From Octopus bimaculoides (Eukaryota): 64,000 bases of DNA. Of this stretch, positions 36,701 through 50,108 are shown piece after piece; position 1 is the first letter of the stretch; every line of letters starts with the position of its first letter. The position numbers and the translations under genes were made by a program. Location of the stretch: contig NC_069003.1 of the NCBI RefSeq assembly GCF_001194135.2, forward strand, positions 36,363,608-36,427,607. The letters are read 5' to 3'. The notes beneath the pieces were generated by a model, which did not search any database, had not been told where the DNA came from, and saw only the letters and a list, made by a program, of their open reading frames with translations.

Positions 36701-37379
36701 ATTTCTGCTACAGTATCCTGAATATTTAGGTATACTACTATATTCAGAGCTTCATTATTTCTTAATTAGCTTCTAAATCATTATCATCTTCACAAACTAC
36801 ACAACTAGTTAAGAGAGATTTCTATGGAGGTGTTCCCTTTTGCTTGATATAACTAAGTTACTGCAGCTGGATGGCATTCCAACACCAACCACTTAACATA
36901 TCTTGTTTATAAGTGTATATTTGAATTCTATTAATATTTAAAATGGTTGACTGCTTTCCAATAACTCTTCCATGAAAACTTTAGCAATAAAAACATACTT
37001 TGTTGATGTCTTTTACACAATATTTTAAATATAGATTCTGAATTTTGTCCAAATAGAAAACTTTCCTTTTATTGTAAAGTCTTAAGTAGACACATTCCAT
37101 TGATGCTTACATAAAATGGTTTTAGAACAGAACAGAAGATTCAAAAGGAACAGAGAAAATGATTTAGAGAAACTCAGGTAAAATTTAAACAATATTCATG
37201 CAAAAAAAAAAACAGACTATAAGCTTCTACAAAAGAGTTTGACAGCATGCAGCTTAGTGCGGCAAACAAAAACAGCATTCTTAATGTGTAGGAGTTGTTG
37301 AATGAGGAAACTAAGAGAATCAGGGAGTCAAAGAAAAGAATTTCACACAGAATAAACAAGGGAAAATAAAATTCAACTC

Positions 37380-37413
<34 letters not shown>

Positions 37414-38169
37414 TAGTGAGAGTGAGTGTTCAATACTGCCTCTAGTGGATAAATATTTGTGGATTAACAATGCTATCAATGGTTTCAGATGGAAAGAGTG
37501 TTAATCCACAAATAAATTTTTTAAGAAATGTAACATCAGTCGCATGCACTTAAGGTTATGTTTTTCTATAAATTTCAACTATATACATATATATATATAT
37601 ATCTGGGTTTTCTTTTCACAATTCCCTGAGACAATTAGCAATATACCTCAATAAAATATTGTGACAAATACTAAATGAAATGTTTAAATACATTGAAATG
37701 ACAACAGTAATGGTGTTCAGTAATTAAAACAGCAGACCCAGTTGGTTGAATCATGGACCTACCTCAGTAATATCATCACCTGATTAAAATGATGTCATCA
37801 ACACATCAGGATAAAGAAACCAATCAGAATGGCCCAGAAAATCCCTTCTTTTTTTTTGGAAGAGGTTGAACAGGAGTCCATAATGTTGGCATTTTAATGT
37901 AGTTAAGCATTAGAACTAGGAAACCATTTTCACTTCAATAGCACTCAGAGTTTGTAAAGCATGCACAGAGGAGTTTTAATTTTAGTGTTAATGGATTAAG
38001 GATTAAAGAAACAAAGAGATTAGTTTATCTTTAAAAACAAGGCAAGCTTAAAATTAAAAAAATTGCCTACCAAGATATCTTCTGTGGATTTCTCTCATTC
38101 AGATACAATCTTGCTCCATCACACACACACACACAAACAACAACAACACTTTTGCAGGTCTCAGTAACC

Positions 38170-38570
38170 AGAACTGCTATCTTTTTACTGGTTTCAGTCA
38201 TGAGATTGCGGCCATGCTGGGGCACTGCCTTGAAGAATTTTAGTTGAACATATCAACCGCAGTACTTTTTTTTTTTAAGCCTGGTACTTTATCAGTCTCT
38301 TTTGCTGAACCACTAAGTTACAGGGACATAAACACACCAACACTGGTTTCAAGTGGTGATGGGGGACAAATACAGACACAAAGAAACACACACATAGATA
38401 TATAAATACAACAGGCTTCTTTCAGTTTCCATCTACCAAATCCACTTACAAGGGTTTGGTTGGTCCAAGGCTATAGTAGAAGGCACTTGCCCAAGATGCC
38501 ACGCAGTGGGACTGAACCCAGAACCATGTGGTTGGGAAGCAAGCTTCTCACCACACAGCCATGCCTGCTT
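38170..38570 (-). mobile_element. tRNA-derived SINE, family C (further copies at about 1212-1460 +, 5875-6030 +, 7215-7430 -, 24975-25140 +, 45585-45770 -, 60130-60425 -)
   Basis: Minus-strand head ggcatggctgtgtggtgagaagcttgcttcccaaccacatggttctgggttcagtcccactgcgtggcatcttgggcaagtg, then ...ggatttggtagatggaaactgaaagaagcc and an internal CA/TA microsatellite; many dispersed copies. Confidence 0.8.
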
Positions 38571-40196
38571 CCATAAATAACTTTAGGATTTATATTTTTC
38601 AAATTCTGGATTTTAAATCCGGGAGTTTGTCTTGAAAAAATACACATGCATTGCTTTTTTTTTTATGTGAGGGATAGGAGCAATGACCATCACCCTTGAA
38701 GGCCCTTCCATACTGATGAGATTCATGGAGATGTTCAACTTGAACAGCTAAAGCTTGATGAAGGGAAAAAACTCAAAGAAAGAACCTAGCTGACGTGATT
38801 TAAATATTTGCAAGAGATTCTACGAAAAGACCAACCCATTGCAGGTCTTAGAATAATTTAGCCAAACTCTTTGTTCCAGTCTGCAGATACCAATAAAACA
38901 CTTAAAACCTAATTTATTTTCATCCTTTTATTAATCAAAATTTGAACATTTCAATTAATTATGTCTGGCATCGACCACACTTGAATGGTGCTTTTTACAT
39001 GCCACCTGCACAGGAGCCAGTCAGGCAGCAATGGCAACAACCATGCTTGAATGGTACTTTTTACATGGCCACCGGCACACACACACACACACAGCTGGCT
39101 GTTAAAGGAAAACAATATAAAGCTCTATGTGTAGTAACATTCCAACCAAACATTGAACCAACAACCAGGTTTGGTGGGACAAGATTTCTGCAAGTAAAAC
39201 CGTCAACAGGTTCAACTCACATTGGTTCTCCTATGACCCCACTGGACGATTATGGTGGTTTGTTTGGAAGTCCTGCAGCTGGACCATATTATCATTTCTT
39301 TTCTCTGAATCTTTTTGAAGTTCGCACTCAGCAATTGTTGCAACATGTTTTTCCATGTATTTTATAAAGTTTTTTTGTTTTTTTTAATCTTTTGATTTTT
39401 CCATTTATCTCATATGGAGCTTCATCTTGTAATGAGATGAAATAAAAGACTAAGCAAACAGAAAATGTAATTAACAAAACAGAAGATACGAAACAAGCCA
39501 CCGGTGGATCAACAGTAACAAACACTATGTGAGCCTTACTTCACTATACATGACAGAGAGAAAAAAACAACAGGGAACTTATAATTCTTTTCTACTCTAG
39601 GCACAAGGTCTGAAATGTTAGGGGAAGGGGCCAGTCGATTACACCGACTCCAGAATGCAACTCATACTTAATTTTTCGACCCCAAAAGGATGAAAGGCAA
39701 AGTTGACCTCAGAACATAAAGACAGATGAAATACCGCTAAGCATTTTCACCTGGCGTGCTAACATTTCTGCCAGCTCACTACCTTACTTATAATTAAGAT
39801 ATTGTATTGGGACTCTGAAGCAAAACAAGGAACAACACTCAAAAGCAGTGCTAAAGACAATGGCTGATCTTGTCAGAACCACATCAGCTATTACTCCGCC
39901 ATTAGCTACGATCCATGAATCTCACCAAGGCACATATCATTGAGTGTCACACTTATCATTTTGGTGACTGTGGACATTATAGAACTGTGAGGAATAGGAT
40001 GATTCCTTAAAAATATAAGCAATAGACACAAAATTAGTCCAATTTTGAATTTTATTTTATCAATGTACTTTAAGAAAATACATTAATATTTGCTAATAAT
40101 ATCACAAATATTTCTTTCTTTTTATCAGAGCCTATACATTGGCTGTCAACGGAAAAACCTGATAGAGGGTTACTTTTAGAAAAAATTTCTTTTGTG

Positions 40197-43100
40197 CTAC
40201 TTGATAATCTTTAACAACAATCGTTTATAATCTCCACTACATTCACTGTCAACCCATTCAGACAATGGTTGCTCATACATTTCTTCAAAGCACTCCTTTA
40301 TAGTTTGCAAGTCAATCTGAAAAGGGGAAAAACAAGGGAAAACTCAAAGCAAATTAAAATAAAAGAAGAAGAAATCTGTGAGATTTATTTTTGTGAAAAT
40401 ATTGGCAGAGATAAAGATTTGAAACAATGCACAACAGGATTATGTTGCCTGAACTGTTGATAACATTATTACTTGTCCAAACATTAATTCATGGTTGGAT
40501 TACTGTCATCATCATCATCATCCCTGTTACTAGGCTCAGTAAATGTCAATAAATGATATTTTCAGATCTGGAATCACTATAACTTCTGCTGATTAATAAT
40601 ACAAAAAATACTATTATTATTACTCTTATTGTTATTATTATAATCACTATTATTATTAGTATTATTATCATTGTTCTTGTTATTACTATTATCATTATTA
40701 TTATTAATAGTATAATTGCTGTTATTATTAAAAATGTTATATTAAAAAGCTATTAAAGCTAGTTTTGACGCAATGGAGTGAACTTGGTCATTTCATTCCA
40801 TCTGATTCTGCACTTCATCAAAGCTTTGTTCTTTCAAATCATTTCAAATATAAATCCATTAATTTTCTTTTTCCTCTTAAGTTTTCTCTATTTCCATGTC
40901 ATCTGAATTTTTATGAGAATCTAAAGACATCAGTGTTGACCAATTGCAACCACAGAACCATACGCAACTCCATTCCTTGTTTGTTCATTTAACAAAAATC
41001 ATGTCCACAAGAAATGCATTATGTGAAGTTTAGATATATTTACATTTATTGAAAAAAATTAGTTTTGTCTAACTATAATTTTCTAAATTCAACGAGATAA
41101 AATATTCTTTGACCAGAAGGTCTGATTTTTGTTGAGGTGTTGTGGCTGGTATGCCTCAACCACCTTCAGAGCTATGCCAGTTCCTTGTAAAGTCTTACGT
41201 GATGGACAAGTCAAAAGGACAGAGTCCAGACTAATGTGGACCACCTCTTCTCAGAGATGAAAATGGGTCTGTATAGGGTCCATGTCCCTCCCTACCTAGA
41301 AAAAAAGCAAAGTCACAGAAGCATTGATTACTGTTGAAAAAGGCCCTGGAAGAGGAAGGCCCTTTTCACAGGGGAATAAATGAAGCAGGGCAAAAAAAAA
41401 TATTGAAAAGGAAGCTGAAAGGAAGAGAGATGCAGAAGAAACAGGACAAAGTTGAGAATAGTGGTCAACAGTCTGAGTTCCATAGGGAATAAAGGTCTTG
41501 AGTAAACCCCAAATTAAACCTTTGCTAAAGTGCCTCTTCAATTTCGAATTTACTTGCTTTTGTAATTTATCTGCAGAATACACCTGTAAATACACTTCAG
41601 TGACAATAGAAAATTAGAACTTATTTAGGACTTGCCCATTCCAGTATGGATACAGTTAGATTCAATATAAACCATACATTGCTGGCAGTTTGGCTCAACC
41701 ATAAGGCAATCAAACATTTTATACAATATGGCAGCCCTGATATCATATTGTATTTTCTGACAGATTTCCAATTGTACAGAGGAAAGTTAAGAGAAGTGAA
41801 GTGTTGGAGGTTTACCAGTAATTTCAATTCAAGAATGAAACAGAAACAGTTAAAGTGATTGGAAACGAAAATCTTGTTTGAAAATAAAACAAATAAAATT
41901 CCAAATTTCTAGAAACATCAAGCAAAACTGCTTCTTTAAATTGATCAAAAATTAATGTGACTTAAATTTCAACTGAATAAATATTAGTTTTCTGAGATAC
42001 AAAGCCCTGATCTTGGTCTTGGGTTAAAGTAACAATGAAAAGGTTCCACCACCAAACACTTCAAGCTACATGAGACTCAAAGCTGCATGTCACTTATCCA
42101 ATACATGAGAGCTAAACCTGACTTCTTCCCAACCTCTCACTACCCTATAACTCAAGGCATTGGGCCCACATCATCACAACAATCACCCTTGACATTCTGG
42201 CACCATGACCACCACCACCAACACACACACCCCAAATGCCTTTTACCTTCCTTCTCATCAGAGTTGCAAATCCATTCCGACATTTGTGCATTGCCTCATT
42301 GCAGCACATTCCATCACATTCATCAAACGTTACTAAAGCCTTTTCCCCAAGCACTGCACTCGTCCTATCTTCTTCACACTTCCCATGCGTCACACCTGAC
42401 AAATGTATGCACCAGACTGCATTCCACTTCCACCTTATTATTTGAAAAGGAAAAATATATATTTGACTTACCTCACTCCTTGATACAATCACTCGAATGA
42501 GATCGGTATCAGTGGTGCCCAACCCTTTCATGCTTTTGTAGAGTCGCTGCGCAAAATAGTGTCTCAAATCAGAAGCTGCATCAACTGTTGTAGAGAGAGA
42601 GAGAGAGAGAGGAAGAATTTAATGTTAATGAAAAATGTAGATGAGAAGGAGAAATACAAGTGAATATTAATTTGGGGTTAAATTTACTAATCTCTCTTGG
42701 AGCTCTAACAATGGATCTAAACATTTTACCTCCCATTGTATATCAACAATATGGCAATTGTAGAATACTAATAGCACCAATGCCTGATTCACAAGGAACT
42801 GAGGGTTTCAACACTGGAATTTGGATACAGTAAGAACATCTTGGTGATCATTGAGAAGAATCACTAAAATATTTCAAATAATTGGTGCCATTGATTCAAT
42901 AAAAGACTTGGAATTTCTGAGAGAAAAAAATTAGGGAAAATTAACATCAGATACTTACTAATAGCAAGATAGCCATCTTGTACGGCACCAGAAGTTTCTG
43001 ACTCAACAACATCACGGAAAGGACGATCAGCCAGTTCTTCATAAGCCTTAAATGTTGCTTGCAACTGGGGTAGGGTACGTTTGCACAAAATTGCATTGAA

Positions 43101-46100
43101 AGTGCATTCATCAGTGCCTAACTGTCCTTCTCCAGCCTTAAAAAAAAAAAAAATAGTAAAGAAAAAGAATTACAAATTCTTTTTGCTTTTTAAATCAAAT
43201 AAGTTTTTGAAAAGATTTTTTTTTTAATATTTTATTTTATTCCTATCAGTGAATATTGTTTGATTAACACCTCTAATGTATGAAACAATATCAAAATGAA
43301 GCTTAATAAAAAAAAAAACAAACAAACAAAGAAAAGGCATATCTATTGATAATTAGCATGTAATTTTGATAAAAATCCTTTGAACGCTCACATCATAGAG
43401 TGCTTGAGCATCTTCAGTAGCCTTTTCTTGATCGGCCCACCAATCGTCATCTCTTGATGCAGTGCAAAGAGAAACCATCAAACGACGGAAATAACCACTT
43501 GTGTCAGATGCAATGTCTTCTTCCATTGAAACCCCATACTCTACAAAATAAGTTTTTTAAAAATTAAATTAAAGGAATTAATATGAACATTTTTTTTTTT
43601 AATTATTAATAGTTTTAATATTTATAACTAGACATTTTCAGGAAAACAAATAGAAAAAAATTACTAAAAAAATTCAAAGCAGATGAATCATTAAATATTT
43701 GCAATTAATTAATGTACTAAATAGATTATATATAATCACCAATCCTCAGTCAAATCGTCCAACCCATGCTAGCATGGAAAGTGGACGTTAAACAATGATG
43801 ATGATGAGATATATATATATATATATGTATACATATATTTTTTTTTTTCATTGAATAAAGTTTAATCAGATTTTCATTGAATTTACAGATCTAGAAACAA
43901 CACTTTAATTTACTAATTATATTTCATTATTGCCCACAGGGGGCTAAACAGAGGGGAGAAACAAACACAATGGGATTAAGACAATTACATCGACCCCAGT
44001 GCGTGACTGGTACTTATTTAATTGACCCTGAAAGGATGAAAGGCAAAGTCAACCTCAGCAGAATTTGAACTCAGAACATAACAGCAGACAAAATATCACT
44101 AAGCACTTCGCCCGGTGTGCTAACGATTCTGCCAGCTTACCACCTTTACCCATTAATAATTTAAATAATTAAGTAAAAAATAAGCACTTTGAATCGTTGA
44201 ATATCTGACACATTGGCCACATTGACCTCTGGGGACAAAGAGTAAATGCCAGAACTATAATTAGTCTCACAAAAACAAGATTGCTTTTTAAGAGATCCTC
44301 ATCAGTTGATGAAATGATTAAAACTTATTTTTAATTAGCAAACTTAACTCTCAGGATCAGGTGAATCTTTTTTTTTTTTATACAGAATCTAAAAAGAAAT
44401 TTAATATTCTCTTCAGGGAATTCTTTTAATATTTTTTCCTGTAGTTTCACTGAAATCAATCCAATTTATTCACCTTCTTCATATCTAGTTTTTATCTCTT
44501 CAATTTCTTCGTTTGTTCTGGTCACCATAATCTCAATGAGCGTGTTCTCATCTGTTCCCATACACTAAATAAAGAAGAAAAAAAACTTCACTGTTTAAAT
44601 ATATTTGAGATATAAACATTTTCACATCTCACCTTCATTAAATACATCTTAAGATCAGAGTAACAAACACAGACTCTCAATTTTACTTTTTTTTAATTTC
44701 ATTTTTCTCAGGCTCTTTAACCCATAATGCCTGGTTACTATGGTGAATGTAAGTGACATTGGTCCCTTGCAGGGATCAAGGATAGGGAAGGGGACAAATT
44801 GATTACATGAACCTCAATACTTAATTGATATTTTATTTTATTGACTCTAAAGAGAGGAAAAGCAAAGTTGACCTCAGCAAGATTTGAACTTAGAACATGA
44901 AGGACCAGAAGAAATGACAGGATTTTGTCCAATGCTCCAATGATTCTGCCAGTTTGTTGCCCTTTCAATCTTACTGGACCCCACTGAAATATCTTGATAT
45001 TAATCACGAGAATGAAATGGAACAGAAATAATGGTCAATACTTACAGCTATGGCCCGATGGATCTCATGAACATCAAAGTCTCTGGGAAGATCAAATAAG
45101 GCCACAATTACGTTTTCCAAATTTCCAGACAGTTCGCTTTTCAGATCGTCAATTAAATCCTATAATAAGAATATACAGAAGCCATCATCTCTCCATGTAA
45201 ACTGGTGCAAAATTATATTAAAGTCAGAGAAGAATATTAAGATTAAAGATTGTGAAAAAGATGTAACTGCCTTCACCCCACAAATCTCACAAATGCTTTC
45301 CTACACACAGAAAGAGAAATATTTCACAACCATCACAGTCGTCATTATTTTAACATCCACTTTTCTATACTATCAAGGATCAGATGGAGTATGTTTGAAG
45401 CAGGTTTTCTTTGTCCAGATGCCCTTCCTGTTGCCAACCTTCACCTATTTCCAAGCAAGATGATATTTCTCCATGACCAGACATGTTTTTTTATATGGAA
45501 GACTGGAAATGAACAACACAGCTTATATGACAGTGGCATTCATTTGCAACTTGCATAGAATGTCAAGGCAAAAAAGACAAACACACACACACACACACAC
45601 AAACATATACACAACAGGCTTCTTTCAGTTTTCGTTCACCAAATCCATTCAGAAGAGATTGGTTGAGCCAAGGCTACAGTAGAAGACATGCCCAAGGCTG
45701 TCACAGAGTGGTATTGAACCCAAAACTATGTGGTTACAAAACATACTTCTTAACCACAAAGTCACGCCTCTACCATTTATTCAAATATATTTTAGAAGTT
45801 CTAGGAATTTCCATACTGAAATAAAAAAATGGTAATTTGAAAGACAACATTTACATTTCGAACAATTAACAAGATGTAAGTTTTTTGGAAATTCATTTCA
45901 TATAATGGAACATACCTCTCCATACGATTGCTTGTAGGCTGTTCTGATTTCTTGGCGCTGTTTGCAATTATGATTCACCAAAACATCAATAATATCAGCT
46001 TCGTTGGTTCCTAGAAAAACAGAAAATATTTTGGTCAAATAAACACCTAAAATAAGATTCTTATTTTAGTTCATTCTTAAAAATTCTTGATATTTCATTG

Positions 46101-49100
46101 CTAAATATTATTCACAAGTTTGTTCATTTGTCTTAGAACACATGTATCCTCGTTTATTACTGATTCGTTTAACACTGATCTGATATAAGACAATATGCTC
46201 AATTGTTAGCCATATTACACTTATCACAGATTGGTCTGTGATAACACAGGTTGGCAATCGGTCAAAAGATTCCGCTTGTACTTCAAAAATCCACCCCAGC
46301 AACTACCCAGAATGCACTGACTATCTCTTGTGCTTACATGACCATTCTTCGAGGCTGCATATTTTTACACACTTGTACCCATCAACATGGGACCAGTGAA
46401 TAGGAAATATACGAAGGCATCTCATCCTAATAAACCCACCAGATAGTAATTAATTTAAAAAAATAATAATTAGAAAGTCTTTGATAATAATTACAGTTTT
46501 TAAAATAAAATATGGTAAAGTGGGTGGTGGGGGTGTATTTCAACAGAACCAAGCCAGAAGACAAACCATTAAGGTTCCAATTAGTATCTTCATCATGAAA
46601 ATAATGTTTTAAATATTTCCAACATGAAGAAACAGCATGAATCATTGAAATGTGGAGTAGGGATATGGGGAGAAAAATGTACAAATAAGATCAGTTAAAA
46701 GATTTTGTTGGAGGAAAATTCCTTACCTAATCCATCCATGGCATTCTTGAGTTTTTCACAAGCTTCCTCACAGTTAAAGTCGCAACAGCCTGAAATTGTT
46801 CCATGCTAAAGAAAAAAAAAAACGAAATAATTAGCCAAGAGTAATGAGATATCAATTTGGAATGTTACAAGTAGAATAAGACCAGTGTGAGCAAAGTTCA
46901 GAGAGCTCCTACCTCTGCTGGTAACAAAGGGCTTTTCACTCACAGTGAAAGGTAGACTGTACGATGCATGTATGCATACAACCATGCTACATGGCAGTGA
47001 AACATGGTCTGTGACTGCTGAGGACATGTGTAGGCTTGGAAGAAATGCACACACGACAGAGTGTAAGCGCCCTGAGAGAAAAGTTTGACTTCAGAAGCAT
47101 TAGATGTGGTGTGTAAGAGAAACGACTGCACTGGTATGGTCATGTGTTGTGTATGGATGAGGACAGCTGTGTGAAGGAGTGTCACACCCTAGCAGTTGAA
47201 GGAACCTGTGGCAGAGGAGACCCAGGAAGACATGGGTCGAAGTGGTGAAGCACAACCCTTGAAAGTTGGACCTCACAGAGGCAATGACAAGTGATCAAGA
47301 CCTTTGGAGAAATGCTGTGCTTGAGAAGACCCAGCAAGCCAAGTGAGATTGTAGCCGTGGCCAATGCCAGTGCTGCATAACTGGCCCGTTTAAGAGCACC
47401 CTTCAATTATTGGGCAATACACTGTGCTTGAGAAGACCCTTTGAGGCAAGTGAAACCATTGTCATGGCCGATGACAGAACCGCCTGATTAGCACCTGTGC
47501 CGGTGGTACGTAAAAGCACCCCCTACACTCTCGGAGTGGTTGCCTTTAGGAAGGGCATCCAGCTGTAGAAACCTTGCCAGGTCAGACTGGAGCCTGGAGC
47601 AGCCTTCTCGCTTGCCAGTCTTCTGTCAAACCGTCCAACCCATGCCAGCATGGAAAGCAGATGTTAAACAATGATGATGATGATGACGATATATAATTTG
47701 CCACACCCAGTTTCTGCCATTTGTCAACTGAGAGAATGTTTGTACGAGACAATGTGTTGATCTGTTCTGGGCAACATTTAATTTTGCACGATTTCATTTC
47801 AAAGACAAGCTGCTACCACAAAGAGAGGGGGGAAGGGCAAGAAGAGTTACAACGTCTGAGTGACCCAGGATTTCCAAAATAACCTATTGATATTTAAGAA
47901 TGTATCAACATTAAACTGGTTTGAATAATATGTAGGCATGTACTATGTGTGCATAGTACAGGTGTGAATAATGCAGCACAGATATGTATGTGTACTACTG
48001 GAATAACAATGCAATTTGGTATAACATGTTACATTGCTAAATTGTTGTCAGCCGATCAAATGGCAGCCCAACCAGGCAAACCTGGTGAAGCGGGTTGCGA
48101 AATGACAAGCAAGACTTGTCAAAAGAATGGATGAATGCATGAGTGCACAGTACAATGTGTGCATACAGCATTATGTAAAGTACAACATGTTAACATGATA
48201 GAAACTGGACAGAGTCTATTCAGTTTGAAGAGATTGTCTTAAGAGAAAAGGATCCATTATTGAGAGAATGGGATTGGTTGTTAGAAGTAATCCAGAGGAT
48301 TAACGGTCCCAAATTCAAGCCTGAAAATGTGGATTAGGCCTACCGTCTTCTTGATTAGCAGTTTGTATATTTATTTATTCACCTAAGGAGACAGGGCAAT
48401 CTTCAAGATCTTTTGCAGAATAAGAGAGAACGAGCTGGATGCAATTAACACATGATTCATAATGTTAAAGTTGTGTGGTTGAAGAGAACATGTTAGCAGT
48501 AACGAAGTTCTTAAAAGGAGATCCTTCTGAGAAGGACTTGATGTTAGTTCTTTAGTCAAGAACACAAGCGTGTTTGTTTCAAGCAGAACTAATCAAGCTA
48601 ATTGACAATTAATTACAGATACAGTGTTCAGATACCACTCTAAAAGGCCTATCTCCTGTGCCCAAAGCCTGTTGGATTCTTAATCAACCAATTACATTTA
48701 ACAGACATGCTGATATTCATCAACTATGTAGGACAGACAGACAGACAGGTGGACAGAAACAGGTTACATACAACACCTTTGTTAACAAGCTATTTGTAAA
48801 AATAACCATTTTGTCAACTAAAGAATTATTTTTCTAATCATTCAATTTTGTGTGTGTGTGTTTCCAAGTGTAAATAAAAGAGTTTCTGGCCTTATCACTT
48901 GTTCAAATTATCAAAACTAACACCTGAACATTTGTATTTGAATATCAAACACAATGACACAATGAGCATTAAGTTGACTCGAAAGGCAAAAGATTACAAA
49001 GTAATGCCAAGGGTGAGAATTTAAAGAAGCAGTCACTGTAGCAGATCACTTTTATTTACCCCCAGCACAAAAAATGTTCAATGTTTGAACAGAATGAATC

Positions 49101-49961
49101 CACCTACAAACAACAGGTGAAAAATGTTCCAGTCCACTTGACACTAATAAAGGCAACACTAAAAGTTACTGAAGTTGCCCGGCATTTGTGACAAAAGGCA
49201 CATTTATGGACAATCTATTATAGAAGAACGTGGAGGTACATGGCCTAGTGGTTAGAGCAGTGGACATGCGGCCAAGGGATCACGGGTTCGAATCTCATAC
49301 TGGGCGGTGTGTGTGTTTACGAGCGAAACACCTAAGCTCCACGTGACTCTGGCAGAAGATAATGGCAAATTTCTGCTGCCTCTTTCACCACAACTTTCAC
49401 TCTTTCCTCCTGTATCTAGCAGCTCACCTGTGACGGACTGGCATCCCAACCAGGTGGGGAACCTATACGCCAATGAAACCAGAAAACCAGCCCTTAGGAG
49501 CCAGGCATGGCTTGAGAAAAATTTTAGAACTTGGTTGTCAAAAGGTGGCACACAGCCTCATTCCCAGCAAAATTGACATTTTCCGTAGAAAGTCGATTTG
49601 GAACCCAAACTAAAGAAAGACCAGCTAAGACCAGTTCAAGGCGGTTGTGACAAATGATTGCAGATGCCGATAGGGAAGGGGGGTGATTCAGTCATTGCTG
49701 CCCCACTTGGGTGAAGAGGTTAAAGAGGCGACTGAGATACCCTTCTGTAAATAAAGAACGGTTCCCAACATTTCAATGGCTTTAGTCACCATCAGAAGAG
49801 TTCGTAATATCTTTAAGTAGCTCCTGTAGTTTATACTTGGGGGTAAAGCATCTCTGATGTTTATGCACACATAATCTCTTTCTCTCAGTATTTCACGCTG
49901 TATTTGCATGTTTAATTATGTTTGATTACTCATAATAGAAAATGTTTTTCTATCATTATAC

Positions 49962-50008
<47 letters not shown>

Positions 50009-50067
50009 GAGAGAGAGAGCAAAAACCAGAACTATCAGTAAAACACACACCTCACAAGATCTTTCAT
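40197..50067 (-). CDS. Annexin with four repeats (invertebrate annexin B / ANXA4-A7-like). Exons on minus strand: [50067-50056 probable], 46805-46727, 46010-45916, 45159-45046, 44564-44474, 43540-43392, 43136-42959, 42584-42472, 40316-40197
   Basis: [26 protein letters not shown]|[11 protein letters not shown]...[15 protein letters not shown]|[21 protein letters not shown]...AIA|[21 protein letters not shown]...|[25 protein letters not shown]...DAQALYD|[17 protein letters not shown]...[15 protein letters not shown]|...[29 protein letters not shown]|[10 protein letters not shown]...[16 protein letters not shown]. The eight core exons total 939 nt, all GT-AG and in frame. The core exons are secure; the 5' end is uncertain. 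Confidence 0.92.
40605..40740. repeat. Degenerate (TTA)n low-complexity tract in the last annexin intron
   Basis: Directly visible. Confidence 0.85.
43930..44145 (-). mobile_element. tRNA-derived SINE, family B copy in an annexin intron
   Basis: High similarity to 23720-23937 (cgaccccagtgcgtgactggtactt...aaaggatgaaaggcaaagtcaacctcagcagaatttgaactcagaac). Confidence 0.8.
46861..47690 (+). mobile_element. 5'-truncated RTE LINE with 3'UTR and (GAT)n tail, antisense in an annexin intron
   Basis: agaataag...gcaaagttcagagagctcctacctctgctggtaacaaagggc...ggcagtgaaacatgg ([18 protein letters not shown]...HGSETW), then 3'UTR ...aggaagggcatccagctgtagaaacc...ccaacccatgccagcatggaaagcagatgttaaacaatgatgatgatgatg. 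Confidence 0.85.
49232..49520 (+). mobile_element. tRNA-derived SINE with intact Pol III A and B boxes
   Basis: A box TGGCCTAGTGG (49241-49251) and B box GGTTCGAATCT (49285-49295), followed by a non-tRNA body; no tRNA 3' acceptor stem. Confidence 0.75.
49966..50020. repeat. (GA)n microsatellite
   Basis: Directly visible. Confidence 0.9.
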
Positions 50068-50108
50068 CAAATCGTCGCCATCTTCAACATCTCCACTTGT
50101 AACTTCGA
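50056..50108 (-). other. Probable upstream annexin exon (either MKDL start or internal phase-1 exon [18 protein letters not shown])
   Basis: Donor GTGAGG follows codon CTT in phase 0, matching the phase-0 acceptor of the HGTI exon. The frame is open and GNN-rich. MKDL|HGTI parallels the short exon preceding the GT(V/I) exon in ANXA4/ANXA5. Confidence 0.55.

Noticed and set aside
36474-36717. Minus-strand segment between an AG and a GTAAGT donor as an extra exon
   Set aside because: Stops occur in all three frames and nothing is recognisable.
42145-42567. 140-aa minus-strand ORF as a stand-alone gene
   Set aside because: It is annexin exon 42584-42472 read through its donor into the intron.
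46221-46244. Perfect 10-bp hairpin ttatcacaga-ttgg-tctgtgataa
   Set aside because: A stem this short is roughly expected by chance in 64 kb of AT-rich DNA; no other support.
49241-49300. tRNA gene calls at SINE heads (also about 1212, 23937, 32010, 38560)
   Set aside because: A and B boxes are present but there is no complete cloverleaf or acceptor stem, and they continue into repeat bodies.
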